NCBI GenBank assembly: GCA_963768545.1 | Contig: CAVYIC010000006.1 | Coordinates: 97,626 to 161,625, forward strand | DNA: 64,000 nt | Direction of reading: 5' to 3' | From: an uncultured Pseudomonadota bacterium | GTDB taxonomy: Bacteria; Pseudomonadota; Gammaproteobacteria; Burkholderiales; Casimicrobiaceae | In this document: in pieces, positions 22,445 through 31,789 of the stretch | Numbering within the stretch: position 1 is the first letter of the stretch | Layout: every line of letters starts with the position of its first letter | The notes under the pieces: generated by a model | Told to the model about the DNA's origin: nothing | The model's database searches: none | What the model saw: only the letters and a program-made list of their open reading frames with translations | Program-made: the position numbers and the translations under genes

Positions 22445-25096
22445 ATGAGCGATCACGCCTTTCATCCGATGCGCGAGCCGAAGCATGTCGACGATGACGG
22501 TTCGCGCAGGGACGACGATCCGAAGGGCCGTGTCGGCGCTGCCGACAATCTCGCGCTGCAATCGCTATTGCGCGCCGGCGTGCTGCACGCGAAGCTGCGC
22601 GTCGGCGCACCGCGAGATCCGGCCGAGGCGCGCGCGGACGAGCTCGGTCGCCGGGCGCTTGCCGGTCCGTCGGCGCCCACCTGCACCTGCGCCCCGGGCG
22701 AACCCCCGTGCGCGAGTTGCCGCGAAGGCGCGACGACGATCCGTCGCAGCGTAAAAGGCACCGGCCAAGCGGCACGGTGTCCGCCGTCGGCCGGGTTCGA
22801 CCTCGGTGCCGGTCGGCGGCTCGGCGACACCGAGCGCGCGTTCTTCGAAGCGCGCATGCAGCGCAACTTCGATTCGGTGCGCGTGCACGACGACGAACGC
22901 GCGGTCGGTGCGGCCGACCGGTTAGGTGCGCGTGCGTTCACGCTTGGCAGTGACATCGCATTCGCGCGCGGCGAATACCAGCCGCACACCGGCACGGGCC
23001 GCGAGCTGCTCGCGCACGAGCTCGCGCACGTCGCGCAAGGCGATGTCGAAACAGTTCGACGCGAGCCGAAGGTGCCGGGGAAGACCGCCGATCCCGCGAA
23101 TCCCGAGATCCTCGAGCTCACCGGCACGCTCGAGGAGCGGAAGGACGCGTTCAAGCAGCTCGTCAAGACGACGGCCGTGCATCGGCTGCTCGCGAACCAG
23201 CGCAACCTGAAGCTGTGGGAGCTGCTGGTGCAGCGCGCGATCCCCACGACCGACCTGGCCGCGCTCGGCCTGCAGCAGAGCGGAGGCACGCGGCCGTATT
23301 TCGAGTTGCAGGAGATCCGTGATCCCGGCATCCGCGAGCTCCGCGCCGAACAGGCAAAGGGACGATTTCGCGCGTGCACCGGTTGCCATATCGAGACGCA
23401 GCTCTCGGGAAGCCGGCAAGAACGCGAAGCGCAGAGCCTGAGCGCGTGGGCGAGCCCCAACGAAATCCGCTCCAATTTCCAGACGAAGCGCGCGTTCGCG
23501 AACATGCCGAGCGGCGGGTTCGGCGCGCCCGGCTCGTTCGGCTTCGCCAAGCCCACGCCGACGAGCTATCGCCCGCCGGCAGGCAGCGCCGAGGCCGAGC
23601 TCAACGCGCTGTTTCCGGATCCGGCCGCGACCAACGCTTCGCTGACGCGCATCCAGCCGATCGTGGATACGCTGGGCACGACAGGCTACAACGTTCTGAC
23701 GACGGACATCCTGCCGCTGATGATCGCGGGCAAGTCCGACGCCGCGCGCTGTGCGATTACCGCAGCGATCGAACAGCGCCACGCCGATTTTGGCATGCTC
23801 ATCCAGAAGATCCAGTCCAACGAAGTCGGCTGGGAACACTTCGCCCCCGTGATCCGCACGCTGTTGCCGATCGCCGACGCCGAAGTGCGCGATGCGATCC
23901 AGAAGGAGATGGACGATCACGCGTTCTGGGCGAAGGTCGAAGCCGTGGTGGTCGGCATACTGACCGTCGCGGCACTGCTGCTCACCATCTTCCCGCCGAC
24001 GACCGCACTCGGCCTTGCCGCCGTCGCCGCGCTCGATCTCACGCTCGCGCATTACGGCATTACCAAGGGCGCCGAAATGGTGCGTGTGGGCGAGATCTAC
24101 GGCCTCGGCAAAGGCGCGCACGACGTGTTCACTCCCGCGCAACAGGCTGCGGCGGACGGCATGGTGCTCGGCGGATGGATCAGCATGATCGGCGGCATGC
24201 TGCAGGGCGTCGGCGGCCTCGCGCGTCTCAACCAGCTTTCGCGGATGGGTCCGCCGGCGTTGACGACGATCGCCGTCGGCTCGAGCACGAGCGTCGGGCG
24301 GATCATCCAGCAGGGCGACTACGTGATGACCGTTGCGCAGGACGGCACGATCTACGTCACCGTCGCAAGCCGTCCCGACCTGGTGATCATGGCGCGCGGC
24401 AACACCGCCACGCTTTACCAGGTGATGGGAGGTGGCGGGATGCGCACGCTCGCGACAGCAACGCTACCCGGGGACGTCGCGACGCCCGCGACAGCGCCAC
24501 TGTTGCTGACGGCCGGCGCCGAGGCAAGCGCGTCCACCACCGCGCTCGTGCCCGCGCAATCGTCCGCATTGACGCTGATGCGCAGCACGACGGCGGAAGC
24601 GGAAGCGCTCGGCCCGGCCGCCTCGTCCTCGCAGCGCGTCCTGATCACGCCCCCGCCCCGCGAGCCGCTGCAGCTCGGACCGGGCGCGCCGACAACGCTC
24701 ACCTGGGACCAGGTCAGCAGGATGCGTCAACCCAACCTGTGGCAGGAGCGCGAGATCTACATGCAACAGCTTTACGGCTCGTCCGGCCAGCAGCATTTCC
24801 CGGTTCCGAACACAGGCGGTCGCTTCACGGACGTGCCCGTGCAGATGCCTTCAGGCCAACTCTTCGCGGGCGAGGTGAAGTCGTATACGCGCTGGATCAC
24901 CGCGGAAGGCCAGGCGCAACGCAACGCGGTTGACCTCACGACGCGCATCCAGGAGCAGATCAGCCGCGACGTCTGGCTGCGCGACAATTACCCCGGGTAC
25001 GATCCGCGCTGGATGTTCACCGACGCGCCGCCGACCGAGGCGCTGCGGCAAGCATTGCGCGATGCGCGGATCGTGTTCATCGAGTATCTGCACTGA
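22445..25096 (+). CDS. DUF4157 effector 2 with TM helices and C-terminal PD-(D/E)xK restriction-endonuclease-like toxin domain (883 aa)
   Basis: AKLRVGAPRDPAEARAD, FDSVRVHDD, ARAFTLG, LLAHELAHVAQ; hydrophobic AVVVGILTVAALLLTIFPP; C-terminal GGRFTD...FAGEVKSY...QEQISRD..LR...WMF. Confidence 0.82.
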   Translation: MSDHAFHPMREPKHVDDDGSRRDDDPKGRVGAADNLALQSLLRAGVLHAKLRVGAPRDPAEARADELGRRALAGPSAPTCTCAPGEPPCASCREGATTIRRSVKGTGQAARCPPSAGFDLGAGRRLGDTERAFFEARMQRNFDSVRVHDDERAVGAADRLGARAFTLGSDIAFARGEYQPHTGTGRELLAHELAHVAQGDVETVRREPKVPGKTADPANPEILELTGTLEERKDAFKQLVKTTAVHRLLANQRNLKLWELLVQRAIPTTDLAALGLQQSGGTRPYFELQEIRDPGIRELRAEQAKGRFRACTGCHIETQLSGSRQEREAQSLSAWASPNEIRSNFQTKRAFANMPSGGFGAPGSFGFAKPTPTSYRPPAGSAEAELNALFPDPAATNASLTRIQPIVDTLGTTGYNVLTTDILPLMIAGKSDAARCAITAAIEQRHADFGMLIQKIQSNEVGWEHFAPVIRTLLPIADAEVRDAIQKEMDDHAFWAKVEAVVVGILTVAALLLTIFPPTTALGLAAVAALDLTLAHYGITKGAEMVRVGEIYGLGKGAHDVFTPAQQAAADGMVLGGWISMIGGMLQGVGGLARLNQLSRMGPPALTTIAVGSSTSVGRIIQQGDYVMTVAQDGTIYVTVASRPDLVIMARGNTATLYQVMGGGGMRTLATATLPGDVATPATAPLLLTAGAEASASTTALVPAQSSALTLMRSTTAEAEALGPAASSSQRVLITPPPREPLQLGPGAPTTLTWDQVSRMRQPNLWQEREIYMQQLYGSSGQQHFPVPNTGGRFTDVPVQMPSGQLFAGEVKSYTRWITAEGQAQRNAVDLTTRIQEQISRDVWLRDNYPGYDPRWMFTDAPPTEALRQALRDARIVFIEYLH

Positions 25097-25099
25097 GCC

Positions 25100-25578
25100 A
25101 TGACGACCGGCGATCCGGCTGATCTCGACATCCGGCGGCGGCACGTCGTGCTGGAAGAGCTGCGTATGTGCGCCCGGCAGATGCTCGATGAGTTGGCGCA
25201 GGTCGTCGGGATCGTGCCACCCGGGCTCCTGCATGACGCGCCGTCGAGCGTGCTCGACCCAATGGAGACGTTCTGTCGTGTCACCGACTTCGCGGCCGCG
25301 ACCGAGGATGGCCGCACCTGGATGCGCAACCGTCTTGGCCTTTACATCGCGCGTTACTTTCTCGTCCGTTACGGCGGCAGGCTCGACTGCAACAGGACCG
25401 TGCGCGCGAGTTCTACCTGCATTACGTGATCGCGGGAATGGAGTTGCCGTGCACGCCCGGCGCGCGGCTCGACCCGTTCGCGATCGCGCACGACGTGGTC
25501 AACGTACAGCCAAAGCCCGGGCTCGCCGATTTGATCCATGCGGCGGAGCGATCGCTGCTCGCGCGCGCAGACGAGTGA
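25100..25578 (+). CDS. Candidate immunity protein for effector 2 (one frameshift near 25390)
   Basis: Starts 3 bp after the toxin stop. About 160 aa when joined (…NRLGLYIARYFLVRYGGRL / FYLHYVIAG…RLDPFAIAHDVV…ARADE*). Confidence 0.55.
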
Positions 25579-25621
25579 TCAGGGCCTGTTCAGGCACCCG
25601 CAACAGTGTATCGAAGCTTCG

Positions 25622-26683
25622 CTAGCCTCCGAACTCGGCGCGGTCGATGCCGTGCTTTCTCATCAACCGACCGAACACACGCCGATCCTTGCCCGCGCGC
25701 CGTGCGGCTTCCGAGACGTTGCCGCCCGTTGCCGCGAGCAGCGTTCGCAGATACTTCACCTGGAACTGGGCGAGCACCGCCGCCCGCGCGGCGTTGAAGC
25801 GCTCGGGACGCGCCCGCTCGTCCGAAGACGAAGGGCCCGTCATGTCGAGCGTGAGCACATTCGCGTCGCTCCGGAGGAACTCGCGATGCACGAAGTGCTC
25901 GAGCTCGCGCACGTTGCCCGGCCAGGGGCGCGAGGCGAGCCACGCGAGAACAGCCGGATCGAAGCTTCGCTTCGCCGTGCGATACCGTTGCGAAAGCTTG
26001 GCAAGGAAATCCGATGCGAGCAGCGGAATATCCTCCGCCCGTTCGCGCAGGCTCGGAAGATCGAGCGTTGCGACGCTCAGTCGGAAGAAAAGATCCGGCC
26101 GGAACGAATCGTGCGCGACGGCCTCGTCGAGGCGGCAGTTCGCCGCGGCAACGACGCGCACGTCCGCGAGCTGCAGCCGTTCCGATCCCAGAGGTCGATA
26201 CGAGCCGTCCTGCAGGAAGCGCAGCAACCCGGCCTGGCTGCGCTTGGCGAGCGTGTGCACCTCATCGATGAAGAGCGTTCCACCCTCGGCTTGCGCAATC
26301 AGCCCACGCATCTCGCGACGCGCATCGGTAAACGCACCGCGGCAGTGCCCGAATACCTCGCTTTCGAACAACGTCTCCGGGAGCGCGCCGCAGTCGACCG
26401 GGATGAAGGGCCGCGAGTTGCGGGCGCCGAGATAGTGGATCGCGCGGGCGGCGAGCTCCTTGCCCGTACCGGTCTCTCCCTGCAGGAGCACCAGTGCATC
26501 CACCTTCGCAAGGCGACGGATCTCGCCCAGCATCCGCTTGAACGCTGCGCTGGCGCCGACGAACCCGATGCGCTCGAGCACTTCTGCTTCGCTCGCCTCG
26601 GCAATGCGGTCGACCGCGCGATCGAGCCATCGCATTGGACGCTTCTCAGCGCAAGCATCGACATCTTGCGCACGCGCCTGCAT
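25622..26683 (-). CDS. Sigma54-dependent enhancer-binding protein lacking an obvious N-terminal sensor domain
   Basis: GETGTGKE, ESEVFGH.RGAFTDA, GGTLFIDEV, FRPDLFFRL, WPGNVRELE, C-terminal Fis HTH (GNVSEAARRAG). Start is approximate. Confidence 0.92.
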   Translation of the reverse strand: MQARAQDVDACAEKRPMRWLDRAVDRIAEASEAEVLERIGFVGASAAFKRMLGEIRRLAKVDALVLLQGETGTGKELAARAIHYLGARNSRPFIPVDCGALPETLFESEVFGHCRGAFTDARREMRGLIAQAEGGTLFIDEVHTLAKRSQAGLLRFLQDGSYRPLGSERLQLADVRVVAAANCRLDEAVAHDSFRPDLFFRLSVATLDLPSLRERAEDIPLLASDFLAKLSQRYRTAKRSFDPAVLAWLASRPWPGNVRELEHFVHREFLRSDANVLTLDMTGPSSSDERARPERFNAARAAVLAQFQVKYLRTLLAATGGNVSEAARRAGKDRRVFGRLMRKHGIDRAEFGG

Positions 26684-27053
26684 CCCGTGCCCACGATTCG
26701 CCGTGTGCCCGACAGTGGATTCGCGGCGGGGACTGTCAGAGATCGGCATTGGTATCACTTACCGAAGCAGCGCCGCCAAATGCCTGACCACCCGTAGCCC
26801 TGTGAACTCACGCATCTCCGCGATCCCCCCTTCCCGCGGGTCGCAAGCCTGGCTTGCCGTGCGCCCGAACTGCGCGCAGCGGTCGGGAACAGGAACAGCT
26901 CGTGTGCGTTAGTGGCTTTCACCTGCAGGGACAACGAAGCGACGCAGGAATGCGCAGTAGACTACAAACACGTTCGAAAGACAATGCCGGAAGCGGCTGA
27001 AACGGCTAAATCGCGCAGCCGCGCGTAACCCCCTCCAACCGTTGTCGCGCCGT

Positions 27054-28037
27054 TCAGCCGTTCACCTCCGCCGCCTCGAGATGCGCTTCCCGCACCTTCT
27101 TTCTCAACTCCGCCGGCGCGAGCACCTCGACGCCGGCCCCGTGCTTCAGGATCTCGAGCAGCAGCTCCCGGTCGTCGCGATACGGCAGCTCGAGGGTATA
27201 GCGCCCGGCCGGGTCGAATACGCCCCGCTGGTCCGGATGCCATATTTCGGAGCCGACCCAGCGCGCACGCTCCGCCGAGAAGCGCAGCTTCGCCCACGTC
27301 ACGCCGTCTCCGCTGCGCATGATGCCGTAGCCCGTCGCAAGGTACTCCTCGAGCAACTTCACCGACACTTCGCGAGCGGTTTCGTCGAGCAGCCTGACGC
27401 TCCTGATGCCATCGAAAGCAAACGTCCGAAGGCCGTTGCGGAGATGGCACCAGCCGTCGAGATACCAGTTGCCCCGGTAATGAACGAGGCGTTGCGGGGA
27501 GACGTCGCGCTCGGACGTCTGATCGCTGCTTCGCGCGTAATAAATCACGTGGATGCGCAGGCGCTTCAGTGTCGCCCGTCCGATTTCCTCGAAGAATTCG
27601 AGCGGCAGCTTCCGCGGCGCGAATGCGAGGAGGCGAATTCGCTTGCGAACCTCCGCCGCCGATGCCTCGCCCGTGCCGAGAATCGCAGTCAGCCGTGCGC
27701 GCAGCGGCGCGATATGCGGGCCAATGAAGCCGCCCTGGTCGAGCGACGCGAGCAGGTGCTCCATCATGACGAGCGCAAAGGCCTCGGCTTCGTTGAACCA
27801 CAAGCCTGGCAGCGCGAACCGCGGGCCGGTTCCTGACTCCTTGTCGTAGCGGTAGCCGCCGGCGTCGGCGTCCCAGACCACTGGCGCGTTGAGGCGATCG
27901 CGCATGTACTCGAGGTCACGCTTGAACGTCGCGAGCGAAATCTCGAGTTCGTCCAGGAAAACGTCGCGCGCCACGACCCCGCGATCCTGAAGGAGCTGGT
28001 CGATCCGGTAGAAGCGCTCGGTGCGGTCCATTTCCAT
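27054..28037 (-). CDS. WYL-domain transcriptional regulator (YafY/PafBC-like)
   Basis: N-terminal wHTH (LEISLATFKRDLEYMR); RDVSPQRLVHYRGNWYLDGWCHLRNGLRTFAFDGI; WCX tail. Confidence 0.93.
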   Translation of the reverse strand: MEMDRTERFYRIDQLLQDRGVVARDVFLDELEISLATFKRDLEYMRDRLNAPVVWDADAGGYRYDKESGTGPRFALPGLWFNEAEAFALVMMEHLLASLDQGGFIGPHIAPLRARLTAILGTGEASAAEVRKRIRLLAFAPRKLPLEFFEEIGRATLKRLRIHVIYYARSSDQTSERDVSPQRLVHYRGNWYLDGWCHLRNGLRTFAFDGIRSVRLLDETAREVSVKLLEEYLATGYGIMRSGDGVTWAKLRFSAERARWVGSEIWHPDQRGVFDPAGRYTLELPYRDDRELLLEILKHGAGVEVLAPAELRKKVREAHLEAAEVNG

Positions 28038-28169
28038 TATCCTTGTGGCTCTCGAAGACGCGGTGACGCCTGCTCGCTTCGCGCAGAAAACGAACAATGG
28101 CACACATCCGAGGCAGGTCGGATAAAGCGCGTGCGTTGCCCAGGTCATGCGAATTCCACAGGAGGGGCG

Positions 28170-29144
28170 ATGTTTGCAAGATGCACCGTCACGCTATTGC
28201 TTGGCGCATTGCCCTTTGCCGCCCTTGGCGCCACGGCGTCGGCACAGCATTTTCCGAGCAAGGCGCTGACGCTCGTGGTTGGATTCGCCCCCGGGGGCGG
28301 AATCGACATCAACGCGCGCCTGCTCGCCACCGGTCTTGCCCAACGACTCGGCCAGCCGGTGATCGTCGAGAATCGTCCCGGCGCCGGATCCAGAATCGCC
28401 AACGACCATGTGGCGAAAGCGCCGCCGGATGGCTACACGTTGCTCGTCGCCACCGCGGCGGTTGCGATCGACATGGCGTTCAGCCAGAACGCAGGGGTCG
28501 ACACGCAGCGCGACTTTGCACCGGTATCGACGATCTCCAGCACGCCGATGATCCTCGTCGTGAAACCATCGCTGCCGGTCGAGAACGTGTCAAGGCTCGT
28601 CGCACATGCGCGGACGCTGCCGGGTGGACTCAACTATTCCTCTTCGGGCCCGGGCACGACCGGACATCTTTACGGCGAGCTCTTCAAACTGCGCACCGGG
28701 ACCGACATCGTGCACATACCGTTCAAGGGCAACGCGCCGTCGCTGAACGCCCTGATTGCCGGAGACGTCGACATGAGCTTCGCCACCGCGCCGTCGGTCC
28801 TGCAATTCGTCAAGGCGGGACAGCTCCGGCCGCTCGCTACCACGGGCGAGAAACGCTCCGAGCTCATTCCCGAGGTTCCGACGATGAAGGAAGCGGGAGT
28901 CAACGGCGTGGAAGCGAATGTCTGGTACGGCGTGCTCGCTCCGGCAGCGACGCCGCCCGACATCGTCAACACGCTGGCGAACGCCATCATGGACGTGACG
29001 CGTTCACCCGAATTCAGGCAGCGGCTGGTCGATCTCGGTGCGGAGCCGGGCGCGACCACGCCCCAGGCGTTCCGCAGCCTTCTGCGAGAAGAGGTCGCGA
29101 AATGGGCCGACGTTGCCAAGGCCGCACGCATTCACGCTGATTGA
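28170..29144 (+). CDS. Bug/TctC tripartite tricarboxylate transporter substrate-binding protein
   Basis: Signal peptide; FPSKALTLVVGFAPGGGID; VENRPGAG; PPDGYTLL; HIPFKG; PEVPT. Confidence 0.93.
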   Translation: MFARCTVTLLLGALPFAALGATASAQHFPSKALTLVVGFAPGGGIDINARLLATGLAQRLGQPVIVENRPGAGSRIANDHVAKAPPDGYTLLVATAAVAIDMAFSQNAGVDTQRDFAPVSTISSTPMILVVKPSLPVENVSRLVAHARTLPGGLNYSSSGPGTTGHLYGELFKLRTGTDIVHIPFKGNAPSLNALIAGDVDMSFATAPSVLQFVKAGQLRPLATTGEKRSELIPEVPTMKEAGVNGVEANVWYGVLAPAATPPDIVNTLANAIMDVTRSPEFRQRLVDLGAEPGATTPQAFRSLLREEVAKWADVAKAARIHAD

Positions 29145-29227
29145 TCGCGACACTCGCGTTCGGGCGGCGTTAGCGTGAATCGAGCAACGGCAGTATTTAC
29201 ACCAGTGCGAGCTGAAGCGGGTGGACG

Positions 29228-31789
29228 ATGACATCCTGTTTCGAATTGCAAACGGCAGGCGTTCGACTCGCGGGAATTGCGGAACGTCTATCCGACGCTA
29301 TCGCGATCGTCGAGGGCGAAGCGCAAATCACGTTCGGGCAGCTCGATTCCGACGCGACCGCGATTGCGCGGCACGTCCTCGCGTCGAGCCACGGTCGTCC
29401 GGGCAATGTCTGTCTTTTCTTCGAAAGCAAGCTTTCTGCGATCAAGGCAATCTTCGGCGCCGGCAGGAGCGGTCACGCCTATGTCCCTCTGGATGCGGGG
29501 GACCCCGAGGAACGATTGCGCTTCATCCTCAGGGACAGCGAACCGATTGCACTGCTTACCGAGCGGAGCCTCGAGGACCGCGCGCGCACCATTGCCCCTG
29601 CCGGATGCGCCGTCATCGAGATCGAGAAGATGCGACACGATTACGAAGCCCGGCCGCTGCCCGTCGTCTCTCGCGACGCACCCCTATACCTCTACTACAC
29701 GTCGGGTTCGACCGGTCAACCCAAGGGAGTCGGCCAGACGCATCGCAACCTGCTGTTCTTTACGGACGCCTACGCGAAGGCATTGCGGATCGGCGCGGGC
29801 GATCGTATGTCGCTGCTCTACACGCTGAGCTTTACCGCGGCCAACAGCGGCATTTTTCGCGGCCTTCTGCACGGCGCTACGCTCTGCGCGTACGACATGC
29901 GCCGCGATGGAATCCCGCAGCTCGCAGACTGGCTCGATCGCGAACGGATTACCGTACTTCATGTCGTTCCAACCGCCTTTCGCGAGATGGCAGGCCGCCT
30001 TGCGCCTGGCCGGCTGCTTCCGCACCTGAGGGCCATCCATCTAGGCGGCGAATCCGTGTTCGCAGGCGACGTCGACCTGTTCCGGCGTCATACGCTCGAG
30101 CACTGCATTTTGGTGAATCAGCTCGCGTCGACTGAAGCGGGCGTTGTCGCACAACACATCATCGATCATCGAAGCCCGGCGACGACCAGCGCCATTGTTC
30201 CGGTCGGCCGCTGCATCGACGGCGTGCGGGTGGAAGTTCGCCGCGACGACGGCAACATCGCGGCCACCAATGAAGTCGGGGAGGTGGTCGTGTGCAGCCC
30301 GTACGTCAGCCCGGGCTATTGGCGCCGCCCGGATCTCGACAGCGCGGCCTTTTCTGCGGATCCGCGCGAGGCCGGCGGGAGGCAATTCAAGAGCGGCGAC
30401 CTCGGACGCATCGATGAAGCAGGCAATCTCCATTTCCTCGGGCGCAAGGGCAGCCGAGTCAAGATTCGCGGACATTCAGTCGATTTGATGGAAATCGAGG
30501 CGGCTCTTTCGGCGTGTCCGGATGTGATGAAGGCAGCGGTCGCCGTCGTCGACGATGCGTCGCAGGTGAAACCCGCTCGAATCATCGCTTACCTGGTGCC
30601 TCGCCAGGATGCCGCGCGCGATCCGCAGGTCGTCCGGCGCGACCTCGCGACCCGGCTTCCCCGGTACATGTTGCCCGCCGAAATCGTGTACCTGGACACG
30701 CTGCCGGTGACGGCCACCGGCAAGGTGGATCGCAACGCGCTCTCGCAAATCAGCCCGATGCGTGATGCCTCCGGCAGGTTGGTGAAGCCGCCGCAGGACG
30801 ACGTCGAACGCACGGTAGCCCGGGTTTTCGAGCAACTGCTGAAGCTCGCGCCCGTCGGTTGCGATGACGACTTCTTTCTTCTCGGTGGTGATTCGCTGCT
30901 CGGCGTCGAGCTGCAAACTCGCCTGAGCGAGACGTTCGGAGCGCACATTGGTCATTTTCACGAGAATGCGACCGTCACCGGAATCGCCGCGACTATCCGA
31001 CGTGCCATCGCCGAACCCGCGGGAAGGTCCCGGCGCATTCCGGTGCTCGTTCCGCTATGGCGTAACGGCAGCGAGCCGCCGCTGTTCCTCGTCCACGGAC
31101 GCCATGGTCAAGCATTCGTGAGCCCGCACTTCATGCAATTGCTCGGCAACAATCAGCCGGCGTGGGCATTTCAGGCGCGTGGCCTCGATGGACTGCGTGA
31201 GCCGCATGCGACGGTCGAGGAGATGGCGGCAGAGTATCTTGCCGAGATGCGAATGCAACGACCGCACGGTCCCTATTTTCTCGGGTCTCTTTGCGCGGGT
31301 GTCTACATCGCGGCCGCGATGGCGCGCTCGTTGCGCGAAGCGGGTGAGTCCGTGCTTCCGCTGTTGCTTCTCGACCCGCCGAACAGCGTGCTCCATCGAG
31401 GATATTCGCAGCTCACCGAAAATGAGTTCGTCGACAAGATGAAGGCGCGCCGGGCAAAGGGGCACACGGCGGGCCCGACGGAGAACCCCGCCTATATGCA
31501 GGCGGTGATACGCACCGCGATGGCGTTCGAGCATGCCATTGCCAACCACCGGCCACTGCCGTACGACGGACCGGTGTACGTCCTGTCCAGCCGCCAGCGC
31601 ATGCAGGGACAGGACCCGCTGGATCTGAGGCGCATCTTTACCGGCCGGTACAAACGCTATGAAACGGGAACGACTCATGCCCAGGCGCTGGATCCACGAA
31701 ATCCTGTTTTCGCGAGCGCCTTGCGCCGTTGTGTCGGCCTGATACGCGACGCCGCGAAACCAGGCATCCGGAGTCCCGGTCAATCCTGA
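29228..31789 (+). CDS. Stand-alone NRPS-like enzyme, A-T-TE architecture
   Basis: YTSGSTGQPKG, FKSGDLG, GRKGSRVKIRG, PVTATGKVDR (A domain); DDDFFLLGGDSL (T domain); PPLFLVHG, GPYFLGSLCAG, LLLDPP (TE domain). Confidence 0.9.
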   Translation: MTSCFELQTAGVRLAGIAERLSDAIAIVEGEAQITFGQLDSDATAIARHVLASSHGRPGNVCLFFESKLSAIKAIFGAGRSGHAYVPLDAGDPEERLRFILRDSEPIALLTERSLEDRARTIAPAGCAVIEIEKMRHDYEARPLPVVSRDAPLYLYYTSGSTGQPKGVGQTHRNLLFFTDAYAKALRIGAGDRMSLLYTLSFTAANSGIFRGLLHGATLCAYDMRRDGIPQLADWLDRERITVLHVVPTAFREMAGRLAPGRLLPHLRAIHLGGESVFAGDVDLFRRHTLEHCILVNQLASTEAGVVAQHIIDHRSPATTSAIVPVGRCIDGVRVEVRRDDGNIAATNEVGEVVVCSPYVSPGYWRRPDLDSAAFSADPREAGGRQFKSGDLGRIDEAGNLHFLGRKGSRVKIRGHSVDLMEIEAALSACPDVMKAAVAVVDDASQVKPARIIAYLVPRQDAARDPQVVRRDLATRLPRYMLPAEIVYLDTLPVTATGKVDRNALSQISPMRDASGRLVKPPQDDVERTVARVFEQLLKLAPVGCDDDFFLLGGDSLLGVELQTRLSETFGAHIGHFHENATVTGIAATIRRAIAEPAGRSRRIPVLVPLWRNGSEPPLFLVHGRHGQAFVSPHFMQLLGNNQPAWAFQARGLDGLREPHATVEEMAAEYLAEMRMQRPHGPYFLGSLCAGVYIAAAMARSLREAGESVLPLLLLDPPNSVLHRGYSQLTENEFVDKMKARRAKGHTAGPTENPAYMQAVIRTAMAFEHAIANHRPLPYDGPVYVLSSRQRMQGQDPLDLRRIFTGRYKRYETGTTHAQALDPRNPVFASALRRCVGLIRDAAKPGIRSPGQS

